32,000 nt of DNA from Cupriavidus necator (lineage in GTDB: Bacteria > Pseudomonadota > Gammaproteobacteria > Burkholderiales > Burkholderiaceae), in the NCBI RefSeq assembly GCF_016127575.1, contig NZ_CP066018.1:2970001-3002000 (forward strand). The letters run 5' to 3'. Made by a program: the position numbers and the translations under genes. Positions within the stretch are counted from its first letter, which is position 1. Each line of letters starts with the position of its first letter. The notes under the pieces were generated by a model. That model searched no databases and was not told the origin of the DNA. It saw only the letters and a list, made by a program, of their open reading frames with translations. Shown in pieces: positions 1 to 8,870 of the stretch.

Positions 1-1
1 G

Positions 2-1258
2 CTGGCGCTCGCGCCGGACGAGTACGCCGGCTTCACCATGACGCTGCTGCGCATGCTGGCGTTCCGGCCGTCGTCTGAACCCACTACGGCGCAAGGGCAG
101 GGCGGTGGTGCCGCGCCTGCGCGCCAGCGTGGTGCCGAAGCCGCGCAAACCGTTGATACCCGCCATGCGACGGCTGTGGCCAATGCCGCCGAACAGGCCA
201 AGGCCGGTGCTGCGGCGGCCCCGGTCCCTGCCCCTATGCCCGCACGGGCGGTCCAGCCCGTGGCAGTGGCTGAACCCGCTGCCGCACCTGCCGCTGTCCC
301 TGCATCCCCTGAAGCTGCGCCGGCACGGCCGGCCGCTGGCGCCGGCAACGGGGCCATGTCGCCCGCCGCCGCCGCGCTGGCGGCCGCCCGCCAGGCTTCC
401 GCTGCCCGTGGGGGCGGCCGCAAGGCGCCGCCGCCGGCCATGGCGCCAGCGCCGGCTGCCGCGCAGCGCCCGCCGGCCCAACCCTTGCGCGCGCCCGGCG
501 CGGCAGCCGTGAGTCGGCCGCCGGCACCGGTTGCGAAGGCGCCCATGCAGTCGCCGGCAGCGCCGGCACGGCCCGCCGCGCGCCAGGCGGAGCCGGAATC
601 CGTGCCGCCCTGGGAGCTGGCGGGTGGCAGCGATGTGCCGCCGTGGGAAGAGCTGCCGCCTGACCTGCCGGTCATCGGCCCCTATGACAGCGATCCTGGC
701 TACCGCGACAACGGTTTCAACGAACCGGCAGCGCGTGCCGCCGGGCCGCGCCGGGCGCCCGCGCGCGAGGCCGAGCCGGCGCGCGAGACCGCTCCGGTGC
801 AGCCAGCCGCGGCGCCGGCAGAGTCCGCCAAGTTCGTCGCCCCGCGCCCGCCAGCAGCGGGCGAGGATGGCACCCCGCCGGCCTTCACCGGCGAATGGCC
901 GGTGCTGGCCGCCGGCCTGCCCTTGAAGGGCCTGGCGCAGCAGCTGGCCTACCAGAGCGAACTGACCCAGGTGGTCGGACGTACCTTCCACCTGCGCATC
1001 CCGGTCGCGGCCCTGGGCGAGAACGGCGTGTCCGAGCGGCTGCAGCAGGCGCTGTGCGACCACTTCGGCGAGCCGGTGCGCGTGGTCTGCGAAGTCGGCG
1101 GGGTTTCCATCACGGCCGCGGCCGCCGATGCCGAGGCGCGCGCCGAGCGCCAGCGCCAAGCCGAGGCCGTGATCGAGGCCGATCCCTTTGTCCAGGGCCT
1201 GCTGCGCGATTTTGGCGGCCAGATCGTGCCGGGCTCGATCCAGCCGCGCGCCGCCTGA
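2..1258 (+). CDS. dnaX: DNA polymerase III subunit gamma/tau, C-terminal part (5' end lies outside the window)
   Basis: The frame is open from the window edge ([13 protein letters not shown]...), so the Met at 38 is internal. A long Ala/Pro-rich linker is followed by a conserved tau C-terminal domain ([14 protein letters not shown]...[19 protein letters not shown]). The gene sits directly upstream of ybaB-recR, the conserved dnaX-ybaB-recR arrangement. Confidence 0.85.
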   Translation: MALAPDEYAGFTMTLLRMLAFRPSSEPTTAQGQGGGAAPARQRGAEAAQTVDTRHATAVANAAEQAKAGAAAAPVPAPMPARAVQPVAVAEPAAAPAAVPASPEAAPARPAAGAGNGAMSPAAAALAAARQASAARGGGRKAPPPAMAPAPAAAQRPPAQPLRAPGAAAVSRPPAPVAKAPMQSPAAPARPAARQAEPESVPPWELAGGSDVPPWEELPPDLPVIGPYDSDPGYRDNGFNEPAARAAGPRRAPAREAEPARETAPVQPAAAPAESAKFVAPRPPAAGEDGTPPAFTGEWPVLAAGLPLKGLAQQLAYQSELTQVVGRTFHLRIPVAALGENGVSERLQQALCDHFGEPVRVVCEVGGVSITAAAADAEARAERQRQAEAVIEADPFVQGLLRDFGGQIVPGSIQPRAA

Positions 1259-1278
1259 TCCGCGGCCTGCGTTTGCTT

Positions 1279-1311
1279 TACCGAACTTACTTCACCGAAT
1301 TTCTTACCGAA
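1279..1311 (+). promoter_or_regulatory. three direct copies of (T/C)ACCGAA in the dnaX-ybaB spacer
   Basis: TACCGAA at 1279, CACCGAA at 1293 and TACCGAA at 1305 (spacing 14 and 12 bp), within a locally AT-richer 70-bp spacer. The function is unknown. Confidence 0.3.
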
Positions 1312-1328
1312 TCCAGGAGCATTCCATC

Positions 1329-1661
1329 ATGATGAAAGGTCAACTCGCCGGGCTGATGAAGCAAGCCCAGCAGATGCAGGAAAACATGAAGAAGATGCAG
1401 GAGCAGCTGGCCCAGATCGAGGTCGAGGGCCAGTCCGGCGCCGGTCTCGTCAAGGTGGTCATGACCTGCAAGAACGACGTCAAGCGCGTCACCATCGACC
1501 CCAGCCTGCTGGCCGAGGGCGAAGACAAGGACCTGCTGGAAGACCTGGTCGCCGCCGCCTTCAATGACGCCGTGCGCAAGGCCGAAGCCACCTCGCAGGA
1601 AAAGATGGGCTCGATGACCTCGGGCCTGCCGCTGCCCCCGGGCTTCAAGCTGCCGTTCTGA
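1329..1661 (+). CDS. ybaB: YbaB/EbfC family nucleoid-associated protein
   Basis: [43 protein letters not shown]... is typical YbaB. The ATG at 1329 is preceded by AGGAG (1314-1318). The track's upstream extension from 1188 has no homology support. Confidence 0.92.
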   Translation: MMKGQLAGLMKQAQQMQENMKKMQEQLAQIEVEGQSGAGLVKVVMTCKNDVKRVTIDPSLLAEGEDKDLLEDLVAAAFNDAVRKAEATSQEKMGSMTSGLPLPPGFKLPF

Positions 1662-1669
1662 ACGCCACT

Positions 1670-2284
1670 GTGAAGGCATCGTCCCCGACCTCGCTGCAGG
1701 CACTGGTCGAAGCGCTGCGGGTGCTGCCCGGCGTCGGGCCCAAGTCCGCCCAGCGCATGGCCTACCACCTGCTGCAGCACGACCGCGAGGGCGCGCGCAA
1801 GCTGGGCGATGCGCTGCGCGGCGCGGCGGACCATATCCGCCATTGCCAGCGCTGCAATACCTTCACCGAGCAGGAGATCTGCGAGACCTGCCTGGACGAC
1901 CGCCGCGACGCCTCGGTGCTGTGCGTGGTGGAAACCCCGGCCGACCAGGTCATGATCGAGCAGACCCTGACCTACCGCGGCAAGTACTTCGTGCTGATGG
2001 GCCGGCTCTCGCCGCTGGACGGCATCGGCCCGCGCGAGATCCATCTTGACCGGCTGCTCGCGCGCGCCACCGAGCCCGAGCTGGGCGGCCCGGTCGGCGA
2101 AGTCATCGTCGCCACCAACTTCACCAGCGAAGGCGAGGCCACCGCGCACTACATCGGCGAAATGCTCAAGGCGCGCGGCCTCAAGGTGTCGCGCCTGGCG
2201 CGCGGCGTGCCGGTGGGCGGCGAGCTGGAGTACGTCGATGCCGGCACCATCGCGCGTGCGGTGATGGACCGCCGCAACCTCTGA
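1670..2284 (+). CDS. recR: recombination mediator RecR
   Basis: GTG start 9 nt after the ybaB stop. It has the helix-hairpin-helix [13 protein letters not shown], the Cys4 zinc finger [16 protein letters not shown] and the Toprim region VVETPADQ. Confidence 0.95.
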
Positions 2285-2291
2285 GCACGAT

Positions 2292-2315
2292 CGCGCGGGG
2301 CCGATTGCCCGCGCG
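2292..2315 (+). terminator. hairpin downstream of recR
   Basis: CGCGCGGG-GCCGATTG-CCCGCGCG, starting 8 nt after the recR stop. No U-tract. Confidence 0.3.
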
Positions 2316-2360
2316 CCGGTCACCGCGTTCTTCCGCCTTCTTCAGTCGCCTGCCTCTCCC

Positions 2361-3266
2361 ATGAACCTGGCCCGCTTCGATCTCGTCACGCTTGGCTTGT
2401 TCGTCGCCGTGGCCCGGCAGGGCAGCATCTCGGCCGGCGCGCGCCAGTCGCACCTGGCCGTGGCCGCCGCCAGCAAGCGCATCTCCGACCTGGAAACCGC
2501 GGTCGGCGCGCCGCTGTTCTTCCGCCATGCCGCCGGCGTGCAGCTGACCGAGGCCGGCCAGGCCTGCTTCCACCATGCGCTGACCATCCTGCAGGACGTC
2601 GAACGCATGGCCGGCGTGATGTCGGACTACGCCTCGGGCGTGCGCGGGCAGGTGCGGGTGTGCGCCAACACCTCGGCGATCACGCAGTTCCTGCCCGACG
2701 ACCTGGCGTCGTTCATGCAGCGTCATCCCACCATCCGCATCGAGCTGGAAGAGCAGAACAGCCGCGATATCGTCGCCGCGCTGGTCGAGAACCGCGCCGA
2801 CGTGGGCATCTTTGCCGACCGCACCCCCGCGGCCGGGCTGATGACGATCGAGTACCGGCAGGACGAGCTGGTCATCATCACGCCGCCCAACCATCCGCTG
2901 GCCGCGCGCGGCCCGGTGCACTATGCCGATACGCTGGAATTCGACTTCGTCAGCCTGCCGCAGGAAACCTCGCTGGCCGCGCGCCTGCTCGAGGAGAGCA
3001 GCCGGCTCGACCGGCCGTTCCGGCTGCGCATCCAGGTGCGCAGCTTCGATGCCATGTGCCGCATGGTGATGGCCGGTCTGGGCGTGGGCGTGCTGCCGCG
3101 CATCGCTGCCGAGCCGCACGTCAAGTCGATGGGGCTGTCGCTGGTGTCGCTGCAAGACGCCTGGGCGCGCCGCTCGCTGCTGATCGGGCTGCGCGACCCG
3201 GCCGGGCTGACAGTCTCGGCCCGTCTGCTGATCACCCACCTGTGCGGGGACCGGGCGCCGTTCTGA
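2361..3266 (+). CDS. LysR family transcriptional regulator
   Basis: The N-terminal wHTH (FVAVARQGSISAGARQSHLAVAAASKRISDLE) and a LysR substrate-binding-domain length and pattern. It is co-oriented with the downstream CoA-transferase operon rather than divergent from it. Confidence 0.9.
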   Translation: MNLARFDLVTLGLFVAVARQGSISAGARQSHLAVAAASKRISDLETAVGAPLFFRHAAGVQLTEAGQACFHHALTILQDVERMAGVMSDYASGVRGQVRVCANTSAITQFLPDDLASFMQRHPTIRIELEEQNSRDIVAALVENRADVGIFADRTPAAGLMTIEYRQDELVIITPPNHPLAARGPVHYADTLEFDFVSLPQETSLAARLLEESSRLDRPFRLRIQVRSFDAMCRMVMAGLGVGVLPRIAAEPHVKSMGLSLVSLQDAWARRSLLIGLRDPAGLTVSARLLITHLCGDRAPF

Positions 3267-3379
3267 CGCGCCCGCGCTGAGCGGCTCCGCAGCCTTTCGC
3301 GTTCCGAGAAAGCCCGCTTCTCCGATTGCCGATTCCTGGCAGGCCCCCTGCTGGGGCACACTCCGTTCGAACGCAATGT

Positions 3380-3395
3380 ATGACAAGCCAGTCAT
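3380..3395 (+). promoter_or_regulatory. dyad ATGAC-N6-GTCAT upstream of the CoA-transferase operon (candidate LysR-type operator)
   Basis: A perfect 5-bp inverted repeat 49 nt upstream of the ATG at 3444 and downstream of the LysR gene stop. Confidence 0.3.
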
Positions 3396-3443
3396 TGGGC
3401 TTGCCGCACTGCAACAAGACACCGCATCGCACGGAGACACCCC

Positions 3444-4640
3444 ATGGCGCAACAGATCCTCGAGGGCATTCGCGTCCTCGAACTCGGACAACTCATCGCC
3501 GGCCCCTTTGCCGCCAAGACCCTGGCCGACTTTGGCGCCCACATCATCAAGGTGGAGCCGCCGGGGCAGGGCGACCCGCTGCGCAAATGGCGCATGCTGC
3601 ATGAAGGCACCTCGGTCTGGTGGGAGGCGCAGTCGCGCAACAAGGAGTCGATCTGCATCGACCTGCGCCAGCCGGAAGGCCAGGCACTGGTGCGCAAGCT
3701 GGCCGCCGAGGCCGACGTGCTGATCGAGAACTTCCGCCCCGGCACCATGGAGAAGTGGGGCCTGGGCTGGGACGTGCTGCATGCCGACAACCCGCGCCTG
3801 ATCATGCTGCGCGTGTCGGGCTATGGCCAGACCGGGCCGAAGAAGGATGAGCCCGGCTTTGCCGCGGTGGCCGAAGCCATGGCCGGCCTGCGCCACCTGA
3901 CCGGCGAGCCCGGCCGCGCGCCGGTGCGCGCCGGCCTGTCGCTGGGCGACACCATCGCCGGCCTGCACGGCGCCATGGGCGTGCTGCTGGCGCTGTACCA
4001 GCGCGACGCGCGCGGCGGCGAAGGCCAGGTCATCGACGTGGCGCTGTACGAGTCGCTGTTCAACCTGAGCGAAAGTCTGCTGCCGGAATACTCGGCTTTT
4101 GGCGCGGTGCGGCAGCCCGCCGGCGGCGCGCTGCCGGGGATCGCGCCGTCCAACGCGTACCCCTGTGCCAGCGGCGAATACGTGCTGGTGGCGGCCAATG
4201 GCGACGCCATCTTCAAGCGCATGATGCTGGCCATCGGCCGGCCCGACCTGGCCGACGATCCGTCGCTGGCGCAGAACGATGGCCGCGTGAAGCGCGTCGA
4301 CGAGATCGATGCCGCCATCGCCGACTGGACCCGCACGCAGACGGTGGACTCGGCGCTGGCCCTGCTGCGCGACGCGCAGGTGCCGTCGGGCCGCATCTAT
4401 ACCGTCAAGGACATTGCCGAAGACCCGCACTACCGCGCCCGCGGCGTGATCGAGTCGGTGACCTCGGCCGGCGGACTCACGGTGGAAGTGCCGGGCGTGG
4501 TGCCCAAGCTGTCGGCCAGCCCCGGCGAGATCCATGACCGCGCGCCGACGCTCGGCGAGCATACCGATACGGTGCTGAAGCAGGCAGGCTTCGACGACGC
4601 CGCCATCGCCGACCTGCGTGCGCGCAAGGTGATCGCATGA
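3444..4640 (+). CDS. family III CoA-transferase (CaiB/BaiF/Frc type)
   Basis: Hallmark N-terminus GIRVLELGQLIAGPFAAKTLADFGAHIIKVEPP, a central GxSLGD active-site region and a GGAGA ribosome-binding site 7 nt upstream. Confidence 0.9.
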   Translation: MAQQILEGIRVLELGQLIAGPFAAKTLADFGAHIIKVEPPGQGDPLRKWRMLHEGTSVWWEAQSRNKESICIDLRQPEGQALVRKLAAEADVLIENFRPGTMEKWGLGWDVLHADNPRLIMLRVSGYGQTGPKKDEPGFAAVAEAMAGLRHLTGEPGRAPVRAGLSLGDTIAGLHGAMGVLLALYQRDARGGEGQVIDVALYESLFNLSESLLPEYSAFGAVRQPAGGALPGIAPSNAYPCASGEYVLVAANGDAIFKRMMLAIGRPDLADDPSLAQNDGRVKRVDEIDAAIADWTRTQTVDSALALLRDAQVPSGRIYTVKDIAEDPHYRARGVIESVTSAGGLTVEVPGVVPKLSASPGEIHDRAPTLGEHTDTVLKQAGFDDAAIADLRARKVIA

Positions 4641-5605
4641 GCGCCGCCACCAAACTGAGCGGTCCCGCCCGCGTCGAGATCAACGAAGTCGCGCCGCGCG
4701 ACGGCCTGCAGATCGAGCCGGTGGTGGTGCCGACCGATGCCAAGGTCGCCTTTCTCGACGCGCTGTCGGCCTGCGGCTTTGCCCGCATCGAAGCCACCTC
4801 GTTCACCTCGGCCCGCGCCATCCCGGCGCTGGCCGACGCCGAGGCACTGATGCACCGCATGCGGCGCCACCCGGGCGTTCGCTACACCGCGCTGGTGCCC
4901 AATCTGCGCGGGCTGGAGCGTGCGCTGTCGTGCCGGCCGGACGAGGTCAACCTGGTGATGTCGGCCAGCGAGACCCACAACCGCGCCAACCTGCGCATGA
5001 CGCGCGAGCAGTCGCAAGCGCAATTGCTGGCGATGATCGAGGCGGCGCGCGGCGCCGGAGTGCCGGTCAATATTTCGCTGTCGACCGTGTTCGGCTGTCC
5101 CTTCGAGGGCGAGGTCGACAGCGCCGCGGTGATGGCACTGGCCACCCGCTTCGCCGAGGCCGGCGCGGACGGCATCACGCTGTGCGACACCACCGGCATG
5201 GCCTACCCGGACCAGGTCGCGGCGCTGTGCGAGGCCTTCCAGGCCGCGCTGCCCGATACCGGCCTGACCATCCACCTGCACAACACCCGCGGCATGGGCC
5301 TGGCCAATGCCCTGGCTGCCTGGCAGACCGGCGTGACGCGCTTCGACGCGGCCGCCGGCGGCCTGGGTGGCTGCCCTTACGCCCCCGGTGCCAGTGGCAA
5401 CGTCAGCACCGAAGACCTGGTCCACATGTTCGACTGCATGGGCGTCAAGACCGGCGTCGACCTGGGCGCGCTGCTCGAGGTGGTGGCCGGCATGCCGGCG
5501 CTGGTCGGGCGCGACCTCCACAGCCAGCTGCTGAGCGCCGGCCCGCGCCTGCGCACGCACCAGCCGCCGGCCTGGATGGCGGAGCATTTCGCCGGGCAGG
5601 CATAG
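4637..5605 (+). CDS. hydroxymethylglutaryl-CoA lyase-like (HMGL family) enzyme
   Basis: The ATGA start/stop overlap with the CoA-transferase. It has the HMGL motifs EVAPRDGLQ, HLHNTRG and GGLGGCPYAPGASGNVSTEDLV, which closely match the HMG-CoA lyase signature. Confidence 0.9.
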   Translation: MSAATKLSGPARVEINEVAPRDGLQIEPVVVPTDAKVAFLDALSACGFARIEATSFTSARAIPALADAEALMHRMRRHPGVRYTALVPNLRGLERALSCRPDEVNLVMSASETHNRANLRMTREQSQAQLLAMIEAARGAGVPVNISLSTVFGCPFEGEVDSAAVMALATRFAEAGADGITLCDTTGMAYPDQVAALCEAFQAALPDTGLTIHLHNTRGMGLANALAAWQTGVTRFDAAAGGLGGCPYAPGASGNVSTEDLVHMFDCMGVKTGVDLGALLEVVAGMPALVGRDLHSQLLSAGPRLRTHQPPAWMAEHFAGQA

Positions 5606-5653
5606 CCGGCACCCAGACAAGAACAACACATCCAACAGATAACGGAGACCCTC

Positions 5654-6670
5654 ATGAAGCAAGCCCTTCAACGCAAGTCCGCCATGCCCGCACGGCGCAA
5701 GGCCGTAGCCGCCACGCTGGCGGCACTCGGTGCGGCATGGTTCGCGCCCGTCGCCCTGGCGCAGGACGGTACCTATCCCGCCCGTCCGGTGACGCTGGTG
5801 GTATCGGCCGCGGCCGGTGGCACCACCGACATCGCGGCGCGCATGATTGCGGAACCGCTGTCCAAGGCGCTCGGCCAGCCGGTGGTGGTGGACAACCGTC
5901 CCGGCGGCAACGGCAGCATCGCCGCGCAACTGGTGGCGCGGGCCAAGCCGGACGGCTACACGCTGATGCTGCAGTACTCGGGCTTCCACGTGATCACGCC
6001 GCTGCTGGTCAAGAACCTGTCGTGGGACCCGGTCAAGGACTTTGCGCCGGTGGCCAACATCCTGTCGGCGCCGCAGGTGCTGGTGGTGCGCCCGAGCCTG
6101 CCGGTCAAGTCGCTGAAGGAACTGGTGGCCTACGCCAAGGCCAATCCGGACAAGCTCAACTACGCCTCGTCGGGCAACGGCTCGCTGCAGCACGTCTCGA
6201 CCGAGCTGCTGAACCAGATGGCCGGCACGAAAATCACGCACGTGCCCTACAAGGGTACCGGTCCGGCCATGACCGACCTGCTGGGCGGCTCGGTGGACCT
6301 GACCATCACCACGCCGCCGCCGCTGATGGCCCATATCGCCGCCGGCAAGCTGCGTCCGCTGGTGGTGACCAGCAAGACCCGCCTGCCCAGCCTGAAGGAC
6401 GTGCCGTCGGCGCCCGAGGCCGGCTACCCCGACCTGGACGTGTCGTCGTGGTTCGCGATGTACGCACCGGCAGGCACGCCCAAGCCGGTGATCGACAAGC
6501 TGACTGGCGAAATCGACAAGATCATGCGCACCGAAGCCTTCCGCAAGAAGGCCGAGGACCTGGGCGCCGAGGCCAAGTACATGAACCCGCAGCAGCTGGG
6601 TCAGTACCAGAAGGCGGAACTCGCGCGCTGGGGCAAGGTGATCAAGTCCGCCGACATCCACGCGGAATGA
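5654..6670 (+). CDS. Bug family (TctC-like) tripartite tricarboxylate transporter substrate-binding protein
   Basis: Signal peptide with an RR motif (PARRKAVAATLAALGAAWFAPVALAQ). The size and motifs (RPGGNGSIAA, YASSGNGSLQH) fit the Bug/TctC family. A GGAGA ribosome-binding site lies upstream. Confidence 0.9.
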   Translation: MKQALQRKSAMPARRKAVAATLAALGAAWFAPVALAQDGTYPARPVTLVVSAAAGGTTDIAARMIAEPLSKALGQPVVVDNRPGGNGSIAAQLVARAKPDGYTLMLQYSGFHVITPLLVKNLSWDPVKDFAPVANILSAPQVLVVRPSLPVKSLKELVAYAKANPDKLNYASSGNGSLQHVSTELLNQMAGTKITHVPYKGTGPAMTDLLGGSVDLTITTPPPLMAHIAAGKLRPLVVTSKTRLPSLKDVPSAPEAGYPDLDVSSWFAMYAPAGTPKPVIDKLTGEIDKIMRTEAFRKKAEDLGAEAKYMNPQQLGQYQKAELARWGKVIKSADIHAE

Positions 6671-6850
6671 TGGCGCGGGCTGCGGCAAGGTGATCGAAAG
6701 GTAAGGGCGTTATGCTGGCGGGTTTGCTAGGTGTTGATACCGATGCGGTGCATCGCACCGTCCGGTAGCATCGCAATTTGCCGCACCGCGGCGCGCCCCC
6801 TTCGAGCGCATGTCGCCGCAGCGCCAGTCCACACGGGTAGGAGATCTCGC

Positions 6851-7894
6851 ATGTATAACAAGAAATTCTGGAAGCAATTCCTGATCGCGCTGGCGCTGTT
6901 CCTGGCCGGCTGGTTCACCTTCGGCCAGGCGCAGGCACAGGGCAAGCCCGAGAAGACCAAGGTCACCATCGCGGTGGGCGGCAAGAACCTGTTCTATTAC
7001 CTGCCGCTGACCATTGCCGAGCGCCTCGGCTACTTCAAGGAAGAAGGGCTGGACGTCGAGATCGTCGACTTCGCCGGCGGTGCCAAGGCGCTGCAGGCCG
7101 TGGTGGGCGGCAGCGCCGACGTGGTCTCGGGCGCCTACGAGCACACCATCAACCTGCAGGCCAAGGGCCAGCGCTACCAGGAATTCGTGCTGCAGGGCCG
7201 CGCCCCGCAGATCGTGCTGGTGGTGTCGAACAAGACCATGCCCAACTTCAAGTCGATCGCCGACCTGAAGGGCAAGAAGATCGGCGTGACCGCGCCGGGT
7301 TCGTCGACCAACATGATGGCCAACTTCGTGCTGGCCAAGTCCGGGCTGAAGCCTTCGGACGTGTCGTTCATCGGCGTGGGCGCCAGCGCCGGTGCGGTGG
7401 CAGCGATGCGCTCGGGCCAGATCGATGCGATGGCCAACCTGGACCCGGTGATCTCGATGCTGACGCAGAAGAACGAAGTGCGCATCGCCTCGGACACCCG
7501 CACGCTCAAGGACACCCAGGCCGTGTTCGGCGGCAACATGCCGTCGGGCTGCCTGTATGCGTCGCAGGCGTTTATCCAGCAGAACCCCAACACCACGCAG
7601 GCGCTGACCAATGCCATGGTGCGCGCGCTCAAGTGGCTGCAGAAGGCGGGCCCGTCGGACATCGTCAAGACTGTGCCGGAAAGCTACCTGCTGGGTGACC
7701 GCGCGCTGTACCTGGCCGCGTGGGAAAAGGTCAAGGAAGCGATCTCGCCGGACGGCACCATGCCGGCCGACGGCCCGCGCACCGCGTTCAACGCGCTGAG
7801 CCAGTTCGACGCCGAGCTCAAGGGCAAGCCGGTCAAGCTGGAAGAGACCTACACCAACGCCTTCGTGCAGAAGGCCAACGCCAAGTACAAGTAA
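6851..7894 (+). CDS. ABC transporter periplasmic substrate-binding protein (NitT/TauT, NMT1/SsuA-like)
   Basis: The ATG at 6851 follows TAGGAG and gives a clean signal peptide (MYNKKFWKQFLIALALFLAGWFTFGQAQAQ). It is followed by matching ATPase and permease genes. Confidence 0.85.
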   Translation: MYNKKFWKQFLIALALFLAGWFTFGQAQAQGKPEKTKVTIAVGGKNLFYYLPLTIAERLGYFKEEGLDVEIVDFAGGAKALQAVVGGSADVVSGAYEHTINLQAKGQRYQEFVLQGRAPQIVLVVSNKTMPNFKSIADLKGKKIGVTAPGSSTNMMANFVLAKSGLKPSDVSFIGVGASAGAVAAMRSGQIDAMANLDPVISMLTQKNEVRIASDTRTLKDTQAVFGGNMPSGCLYASQAFIQQNPNTTQALTNAMVRALKWLQKAGPSDIVKTVPESYLLGDRALYLAAWEKVKEAISPDGTMPADGPRTAFNALSQFDAELKGKPVKLEETYTNAFVQKANAKYK

Positions 7895-7916
7895 GACCCT
7901 CGCCGTCGATGCCATC

Positions 7917-7947
7917 GGCCCGCTGTCCGCAGCGGGCCTTTGCTTTG
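7917..7947 (+). terminator. rho-independent terminator/attenuator between the ABC binding-protein and ATPase genes
   Basis: Perfect 9-bp stem GGCCCGCTG/CAGCGGGCC with loop TCCG, followed by TTTGCTTTG. It starts 23 nt after the binding-protein stop. Confidence 0.55.
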
Positions 7948-8027
7948 AATCCTTGACGGCCAATCCATCATCACCCGCCCGCGCCGCGCCCCCCGGCGCC
8001 GCCACGGCGGGACCGAGACGGTTCACC

Positions 8028-8840
8028 ATGAGCACTCCCGCACTTTCCCTCGACAAGGTCACCTGCACTTTTGTCTCGCGCGATGACCGCAGCCAGCGCT
8101 ATACCGCGGTCCAGGACGTCACGCTGTCGATCCAGCCCGGCGAATTCGTCTCCGTGGTCGGCCCCACCGGCTGCGGCAAATCCACGCTGCTCAACGTCGG
8201 CGCCGGCCTGCTGGAACCCTCCAGCGGCGAGATTCGCGTGTTCGGCGAGCCCCTGCGCGGCATCAACCGCCGCGCCGGCTATATGTTCCAGACCGAGGCG
8301 CTGATGCCCTGGCGCAGCGCGCTGGACAACGTCGTCGCCGGCCTGGAGTTCCGCGGCGTGGCGCGCGCCGAGGCCGTGCAGCAGGGCGAGGAATGGCTGC
8401 GCCGCGTGGGCCTGGGCGGCTTTGGCGACCGCTATCCGCACCAGCTCTCGGGCGGCATGCGCAAGCGTGTTGCGCTGGCGCAGACGCTGGTGCTGGACCC
8501 GGACATCATCCTGATGGACGAACCGTTCTCGGCGCTGGATATCCAGACCCGCCAGCTGATGGAGAACGAGGTGCTGGAGCTGTGGGCCGCCAAGCGCAAG
8601 GCCGTGCTCTTCATCACCCACGACCTGGACGAGGCCATTGCCATGAGCGACCGTGTGGTGGTGCTGTCGGCCGGCCCCGGCACACACCCGATCGGCGAGT
8701 TCGAGATCGACCTGCCGCGCCCGCGCGACGTGGCCGAGATCCGCAACCATCCGCGTTTTGTCGAGCTGCACGCCGCGATCTGGGACGTGCTGCGCGAGGA
8801 AGTGCTCAAGGGCTACGCCCAGCAGCGCAAGGTGGCGTGA
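8028..8840 (+). CDS. ABC transporter ATP-binding protein (NitT/TauT family)
   Basis: Walker A GPTGCGKST, signature LSGGMRKR and Walker B IILMDEPFSALD. I prefer the ATG at 8028 over the TTG at 7953, which would begin immediately after the terminator hairpin. Confidence 0.9.
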   Translation: MSTPALSLDKVTCTFVSRDDRSQRYTAVQDVTLSIQPGEFVSVVGPTGCGKSTLLNVGAGLLEPSSGEIRVFGEPLRGINRRAGYMFQTEALMPWRSALDNVVAGLEFRGVARAEAVQQGEEWLRRVGLGGFGDRYPHQLSGGMRKRVALAQTLVLDPDIILMDEPFSALDIQTRQLMENEVLELWAAKRKAVLFITHDLDEAIAMSDRVVVLSAGPGTHPIGEFEIDLPRPRDVAEIRNHPRFVELHAAIWDVLREEVLKGYAQQRKVA

Positions 8841-8870
8841 GCCCTCCAACCTAACAAGACCTGAATCCCG

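Noticed and set aside
2181-6688. 793-aa (2181-4562) and 752-aa (4430-6688) minus-strand ORFs
   Set aside because: Both are in the codon-aligned antisense phase of the sense genes. The first matches the LysR and CoA-transferase genes (phase 0). The second matches the lyase and Bug genes (phase 2). The sense genes have clear family signatures and the antisense translations have none.
6731-6850. N-terminal extension of the ABC binding protein from the track start at 6731
   Set aside because: The ATG at 6851 has a TAGGAG ribosome-binding site and yields a canonical signal peptide. The 40 upstream codons have no signal-peptide character.
6671-6850. Possible riboswitch (for example TPP/THI-box) upstream of the NMT1-like binding-protein gene
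   Set aside because: No CTGAGA or ACCTGA-type THI-box core, and no other riboswitch signature I can recognise. There are only short hairpins (CGGTGC-ATC-GCACCG) and a repeated GCATCGCA.
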